From the NCBI GenBank assembly GCA_038523235.1, contig JBCBJQ010000005.1, positions 1 to 64,000 on the forward strand: a DNA stretch of 64,000 nt. Direction: 5' to 3'. Both the position numbers and the translations under genes were made by a program. Origin of the DNA: Cyanobacteria bacterium J06626_4 (GTDB lineage Bacteria > Cyanobacteriota > Cyanobacteriia > Phormidesmidales > Phormidesmidaceae). Shown piece after piece: positions 59,801 to 64,000 of the stretch (position 1 is its first letter; each line of letters begins with the position of its first letter). The notes beneath the pieces were generated by a model, which ran no database searches, was not told the origin of the DNA, and saw only the letters and a program-made list of their open reading frames with translations.

Positions 59801-62800
59801 CGTACTGTCGGGGTCGCTGGCCGCCAGATTTTCTTCGGCAGAGAAGGTGACTTCACCGCCTTCGTCAATGGTCAGGGCGTTGAGATCTAATGTGGGATCG
59901 TCGTTAACGTTGGTGAACCCGCCCTCAGGGATGAACGCCACAATCTGTTCACTATTGACAGGGCCATCCATCACCAACGGCGTATCAACCACCGTCAGGG
60001 TGTAGCTAGGAGCCTCTTCGCCCCCATCATGGACAAATTGAATGGTGCCACCGCTGATGTCAGCCTGAGTAAAGGTCTCACCCATGGCAATGGGGCCAAC
60101 CACTGTACCCAAATCAGTATCAAAGCGTTGAAAGCTGCCGTTGAGCACCTCATCAATGGTGTAGACCAGCTCTTCGGGGGGGGTTTCTTCATCCTGGGTG
60201 AACAGATTATCGGCATCCAGGGTGAGCGTTTCGCCTTCACTGATTTCTAGCAGGTTGGTGACTACTTGTGGGGGATCATTGTCGGCATTCAAAGCGATCA
60301 CCAGTGGCACATCCACCGCATTGACCTCACCGGCTTCCACCACTGCCGTATCAGTAACGATGGCGGTAATAATATTGGGAGCGGAGTTAGAGCCCCCGGC
60401 GACAAAGGCTACCTGGCCGTTGTTGACCTGCGCTTGGGTAAAGGTCACCTCAGCGGTAGTCTGCAGCACGCCATCGACTTCAAAACCGTCGAGCTGTTCA
60501 GGATCAGTGCTCTCAAGCACGATCGTATAGCGCAAATCTTCGGCCGCAGTTTCCCCTGCTTCATCGGTGGTGCTCAGCTCAGCCTCGGTAATGACCACCC
60601 GCTCACCTTCGCCGACGGTAATGGTGCTAGGCCCCACTATCGGCTCATCGTTTGTGGGGGTAAAGGTCACCCCGTCAAGATCCTGATCCGTAACGGAGAG
60701 CGGCTCTTCGCCATCGGCAGTCACTGTCAGGCTAAAGGTCGGTGCACTATTACCACCGTCGGATGCAAAGGCAATGATCGTGCCCGCATCAATATCCGCT
60801 TGAGTAAAGCTAAGGGCTGGCTGACCATCAGCCACCGTGATAAAGCTGCCGCCGGTCACAACATCAACGGTATAGAGAATCGCTGCTGGGTCAAGCGTTT
60901 CTTCGTCGATGACCGATAGCACCTCAGTCGTGACAGGCAGCGTATCTCCTTCAATCAGGGTGAATGACAGGGCCTGCAGCCTCAGCGGATCATTCTCGTC
61001 TTCAAAGGTTGCTACTAACGGCACGGGCACCTCGTTGGTGACACCCGCGATCTCGGTATCCGTCACGGTAACCGTCAGTTGGGGTTCAAAGCTAGAGCCC
61101 CCCTGCACAAAGGTCACCAAACCGGCGTTCACCTGAGCTTGGGTAAAGGTCACTTCATCAGTGGTCTGCAGCACACCGTCGATTTCAAAGCCGTCGGGCT
61201 GCTCGGGGTCAGTGTTGGCGATCGCCACCGTGTAGACCAAATCTTCGAGCGCCGTTTCTTCATCGGTGGTGCTCAGCACCGTGTCATTGATCAGGGTAGA
61301 CTCGCCTTCTTTAACTACAAAGTCGCCGACCACCACGATCGGTAGATCGTTCTCGGCGGTAAAGGTGACGCCTTGGTCACTCGTATCGGTCACAGTGATA
61401 GACGCGGTGCCATCCGTTACCGTCAGCTCAAAGGTCGGGGCATCGTTTAACCCGTCAGATTTGAAGTCGATCAGCCCCGCATCAATATCCGCCTGGGAAA
61501 ACGTACTGACTGCCATGCCATCAGCGGTGGTGACAAAATCACCCCCAGCCACCGTAACTACGGTGTAGAGAATTTGGTCAGGCGCAGTTTCTTCATCCGT
61601 CACTGACAGCACGTCAGCACTGAGAGGCACGGTATCCCCTTCGGTGAGGGTCAGCGACAGGGTTTGCAGTTCTAAAGGGTCATTAACTTCGTCTAGGGTC
61701 GCCACCAAGGGCACATCAATCGTGTTGACCCCACCGCCATCGACGATCGCCACATCTTTGACCGTCACCGTGAGGTTGGGGTCAAAGCTAGAGCCCCCCT
61801 GCACAAAGACCACCTCACCGGCATCGACCTGAGCTTGCGTAAAGGTCACTGTTGGCCCGGCTTGGGCAACACCGCCAATTTCAAAGCTGTCGCGCTGGTC
61901 GGGGTCTGCCGTGCTGTCAATCGTGACGGTATACTCCAACTGCTCGGCAGTGGCGTCTTGATCAGTTGTCGACAGGTTCTCAGAAGACAGGGTGATCGTT
62001 TTGTCTTCGGTCACGGTGAATGCCGCGTTGACCACCAAGGGCGGGTCATTGATCTGGGTAAAGCCCCCATCGGGAATGGTCACCGACACCGGGTCAGTCG
62101 TGATTGCCGTCGCCGGGTCACCGTTGATGCCATCATCGCTCACTGTCAGAGCGTAGTCAGGAGCATTAGAGGTGCCATCTTGCACAAATTGGATGAAGCC
62201 GCCATCAACTTCTGCCTGAGTAAAGGTATCGCCCACCACCAAGGTCACTGGCTCGGGCGTCAACCGCTGAAACTCACCATTGCTGACGCTCGTAATGGTG
62301 TAGGTCAGGGCATCGTCGGTCGACTCGCCTACTTCATCGGTGGCCTGCAGGTTCGTCTCGGTGCTGTTGAGGATGACGGTGCCGCCCTCTTCAATCGACA
62401 GCGTATTGGTGACGAATTGAGGGGCGTCGTTTTCGGCGGTGAAATCAACGGTGAAGTCAACATCCACCGAGGTCTCTGGATCGCTCAGGGTAACCGTCAA
62501 GGCGGGCTCAAAATTGGAACCGCCCTGCACAAACTCCACAAGATTGGCATCGATCTGCGCCTGGGTAAAGGTCACCTCAGACCCGGCTTGGGCGACGCCA
62601 TCAATAATGAAGCTGACAGGCTGTGCCGGATCTGCGGTGTTATCGATGACGACTTTATACACCAGTTGGTCAGCGGGGCTTTCGACATCCGTCGCGGCCA
62701 GATCGTCGGAGCCAATGGTGACCGTTGTGCCTTCGGTAACCGCGAGAGTACTGTTGGTGACGAGGGGCGGGTCATTGACCGGGGTGAAATCTTCGATGAT

Positions 62801-63505
62801 GACCGTCTTGGAGCCGCCGCCAAGCGGATCCGGTTGCAGCGCTCCAGGAAAACCGCTGTCAATGACCCGTAACTGATAACTAGGGGCCGTTTCACTACCA
62901 TCATGCTGAAACTGAATCAGGCCGCTATCTACATCAGCTTGAGTAAAGGTATCAGCAACGCCCAGATCAGTCGTGACGCCGTCAGCCACGCGCTGAAAGG
63001 TGCCATTCGCGGCAGAGAGAATCGTGTAGGTTAGCTCTGCCGGTGTCGATTCGCCCGCTTCATCGGTCGTCACCAGATTGGGCGTATCCGCATTGAGGAC
63101 AACCGTACCGCCCTCGGTAATGCTAAGCACATTGGTCGCAAAGATCGGGGCGTCATTAAAGACAAAGAAGTTGATCGTCGCGGGCTGCGGCTCTGAAGCC
63201 TCAGCCGCATCGCCCTCACCCACCGTGGCAATCACGCTGTATTGCGGCTCTGTATTAGAACCATCATGAGTAAACTGCACTCGCCCACTCTGCACGTCGG
63301 CCAGGGAGAATTCTGTGGTTTCCGTGGCCGTTCCACCGCTGGGCGTGAGCAGGAAGTTACCCGCCAATACTGTGGGCACAATCGTAAACCGAATATCTGA
63401 AGGAGCTGCACCTTCGCTTTCAGCATTCAGATTATTCAGAGATAGGGTTTGGGTTTGCCCTTCAACCAGAAGGAGACTGTTGTTTGTAATGGTGGGTATT
63501 GCCAT
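56840..63505 (-). CDS. Giant acidic surface protein: about 13 CSPG/cadherin-like repeats, 4 cadherin/VCBS-type Ig-like repeats, 5 C-terminal YL..NPDV repeats
   Basis: Repeats delimited by N-D-x-P and containing L.I.EG....L...NL.TTD.E...L.YT and FTQA.ID.G.I.F..DG; then NDPP.AVDD...DTD.DGD.LT...F.Y..SDG.GG repeats; C-terminal ~43-aa Y.E..YL..NPD.A.AV..G...SG..H....G..E.R.PS repeats. No signal peptide seen. Confidence 0.88.
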   Translation of the reverse strand: MAIPTITNNSLLLVEGQTQTLSLNNLNAESEGAAPSDIRFTIVPTVLAGNFLLTPSGGTATETTEFSLADVQSGRVQFTHDGSNTEPQYSVIATVGEGDAAEASEPQPATINFFVFNDAPIFATNVLSITEGGTVVLNADTPNLVTTDEAGESTPAELTYTILSAANGTFQRVADGVTTDLGVADTFTQADVDSGLIQFQHDGSETAPSYQLRVIDSGFPGALQPDPLGGGSKTVIIEDFTPVNDPPLVTNSTLAVTEGTTVTIGSDDLAATDVESPADQLVYKVVIDNTADPAQPVSFIIDGVAQAGSEVTFTQAQIDANLVEFVQGGSNFEPALTVTLSDPETSVDVDFTVDFTAENDAPQFVTNTLSIEEGGTVILNSTETNLQATDEVGESTDDALTYTITSVSNGEFQRLTPEPVTLVVGDTFTQAEVDGGFIQFVQDGTSNAPDYALTVSDDGINGDPATAITTDPVSVTIPDGGFTQINDPPLVVNAAFTVTEDKTITLSSENLSTTDQDATAEQLEYTVTIDSTADPDQRDSFEIGGVAQAGPTVTFTQAQVDAGEVVFVQGGSSFDPNLTVTVKDVAIVDGGGVNTIDVPLVATLDEVNDPLELQTLSLTLTEGDTVPLSADVLSVTDEETAPDQILYTVVTVAGGDFVTTADGMAVSTFSQADIDAGLIDFKSDGLNDAPTFELTVTDGTASITVTDTSDQGVTFTAENDLPIVVVGDFVVKEGESTLINDTVLSTTDEETALEDLVYTVAIANTDPEQPDGFEIDGVLQTTDEVTFTQAQVNAGLVTFVQGGSSFEPQLTVTVTDTEIAGVTNEVPVPLVATFEDENDPLRLQALSFTLIEGDTLPVTTEVLSVIDEETLDPAAILYTVDVVTGGSFITVADGQPALSFTQADIDAGTIIAFASDGGNSAPTFSLTVTADGEEPLSVTDQDLDGVTFTPTNDEPIVGPSTITVGEGERVVITEAELSTTDEAGETAAEDLRYTIVLESTDPEQLDGFEVDGVLQTTAEVTFTQAQVNNGQVAFVAGGSNSAPNIITAIVTDTAVVEAGEVNAVDVPLVIALNADNDPPQVVTNLLEISEGETLTLDADNLFTQDEETPPEELVYTIDEVLNGSFQRFDTDLGTVVGPIAMGETFTQADISGGTIQFVHDGGEEAPSYTLTVVDTPLVMDGPVNSEQIVAFIPEGGFTNVNDDPTLDLNALTIDEGGEVTFSAEENLAASDPDSTESQLRFEISDVTGGTFFLNGTELVDGETFTSAAIAFGELTFKDDGDEIAPTYSVTVRDPEGGSSEAVPATVILNQINDAPAIETNTFTFTEGERLVLNDPATGVINLQATDDETPPDELVYVISDGVVGGEFLDFNAQPITTFTQAELNDGDINFLPDGGEVKPAFEITVSDQDGGEETVQANVEDLIPVNDPPTLENSQLTVTEGAPVILMTDNLSATDPDTPAEDLIFTITELVGGEFISLAPDAVNPVTSFTQGEVEAGQIQFVDDGDETPPSFSVSVSDGELTTEAVPVTITGFINVNDPPVAVDDAGDDFSTPADTILTTASVIANDTDEDGDALTVTQIAGQAVTAGAVTLESGALVTALADGTLSYDPNGQFGGLAQGATVEDSFTYVVSDGNGGTATANVTVEIVGVNDPPDAVDDGGEGSEGFVTDDNQDLTTPVLTLNDTDPDNDTLTVTAINGNAIAPNGSVTLDTNAIVTLNDDNSVTYTPAPADQSLAVGETRDEEFTYTISDGKGGEDTATVTILVNGANEAPVATDDLDPGFATTEGTEITLDVLANDTDIDDGDMLTIESVDTTGITGEVIINDGDLTYIPALVLKGGETAEEIFSYTVSDGNGGTDTADVKVTVTGVNDAPIPVNDSGGGFITNELTAFVTANVLANDSDPEGGPVTLTGFDASGTQGVVTSNGDGTFNYDPNGAFNTLPQSRTATDSFSYTIQDDEGLTTTATVSIQINGLQSEFFDFERFLQEQNPAAVAPADTIGGLPLAQLYDESFYLSQNPDVASAVAAGGLSSGYQHFVTAGINEGRNPSVLYNEAFYLSANPDIAAAVNAGGVASGLAHFLNSGHIEGRDPSALFDQSDYLAANPDVAGAVADGVFESAFDHYITAGAEENRLPSLSLYNDGFYLSNNPDIAAGVANGTISSGYDHFIALGQTENRAPSSLYNEASYLALNPDIAAAVSAGTLTSGFQHYESTGRFEGRFVF

Positions 63506-64000
63506 GGAATTCACTCGTGATGTCAACGCAACAAAAAGACTCGGCTGGTGCTTACTCGCGACCTAAAGGGCAACCGCTTTTTCACAATGCATAAATCGTG
63601 AAAAAGAGCGAAACAATCTAAAATTGCCAACCAGAAAAACACCCATCGCAAAAGATAGGCTGCCCTACAACAAAAAGTCACATAAACTGTAGCTCACCTT
63701 TGAAAAAATGAACATTAAATCGTGTATTTTTTTGAGTTGCGATCGTCGCCAATAAATCCGTGCTGAATCAGCGTTTGCGATCAAAAAACATTTATATAGT
63801 GAGATGCAAAACCGCAGTCAATTCTGCTGTTTGTGAATGACGACTAATCTTGGCTGGCCAATGGCTTAATCTCAAGACCTTAAGTGCTCGCGATCGTCAA
63901 ACTCTAAAATCAGTCAAAATTGATGAGCGCCTGATGAGCTCAGGGAATGGCTATCCAATAATCAGTCAGGATGATTAAGTGGCGTGGAGTCATGCCCCAA

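Larger units (their letters stand above)
1..64000. repeat. HIP1 octamer (GCGATCGC) dispersed throughout the window
   Basis: Many copies visible in coding and non-coding DNA, e.g. 109-116, 10234-10241, 50620-50627. HIP1 is the known highly iterated palindrome of many cyanobacteria. Copies not counted exhaustively. Confidence 0.95.

Noticed and set aside
56804..63566. Numerous long plus-strand ORFs (up to 345 aa) antisense to the giant gene
   Set aside because: Shadow ORFs expected from the codon bias of a GC-rich repetitive gene; no protein-like motifs.

Overview
Chromosomal window from a cyanobacterium, inferred from the dense HIP1 GCGATCGC octamers, psbA, ndhL, cpcS/cpcG, ado/aar and a tRNA-Leu(UAA) group I intron. 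It is probably a filamentous non-heterocystous Leptolyngbya/Nodosilinea-like strain (inference). Most of it is housekeeping or conserved cyanobacterial genes: an HlyB/HlyD type I secretion pair, two tRNA genes, a two-component pair, a Ser/Thr kinase, MscS, glycosyltransferases including a cellulose-synthase-like GT2, GST, a phosphohexomutase, cyAbrB, Rrf2, cbiB, pyrR and the ado-aar-accA-SDR-folE cluster. A 2.2-kaa repeat surface protein closes the window. I found no CRISPR array, transposase, integrase or rRNA. The most notable items are: (1) a psbA copy missed by the ORF track, divergent from a TetR gene, with three operator-like AACTAA-N4-TTAGTT palindromes between them and an NTF2/SnoaL gene following tetR; (2) an ammonium transporter fused to HAMP-PAS-histidine kinase; (3) a PilB/GspE-like protein that lacks the ATPase domain; (4) a cNMP/dead-AAA+/membrane-ferredoxin fusion; (5) two distant paralogues of an uncharacterised family; (6) a perfect 48-bp palindrome centred on HIP1; (7) the giant CSPG/cadherin-repeat protein as a candidate T1SS substrate. 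All functional calls come from motif recognition by eye; no searches were run.
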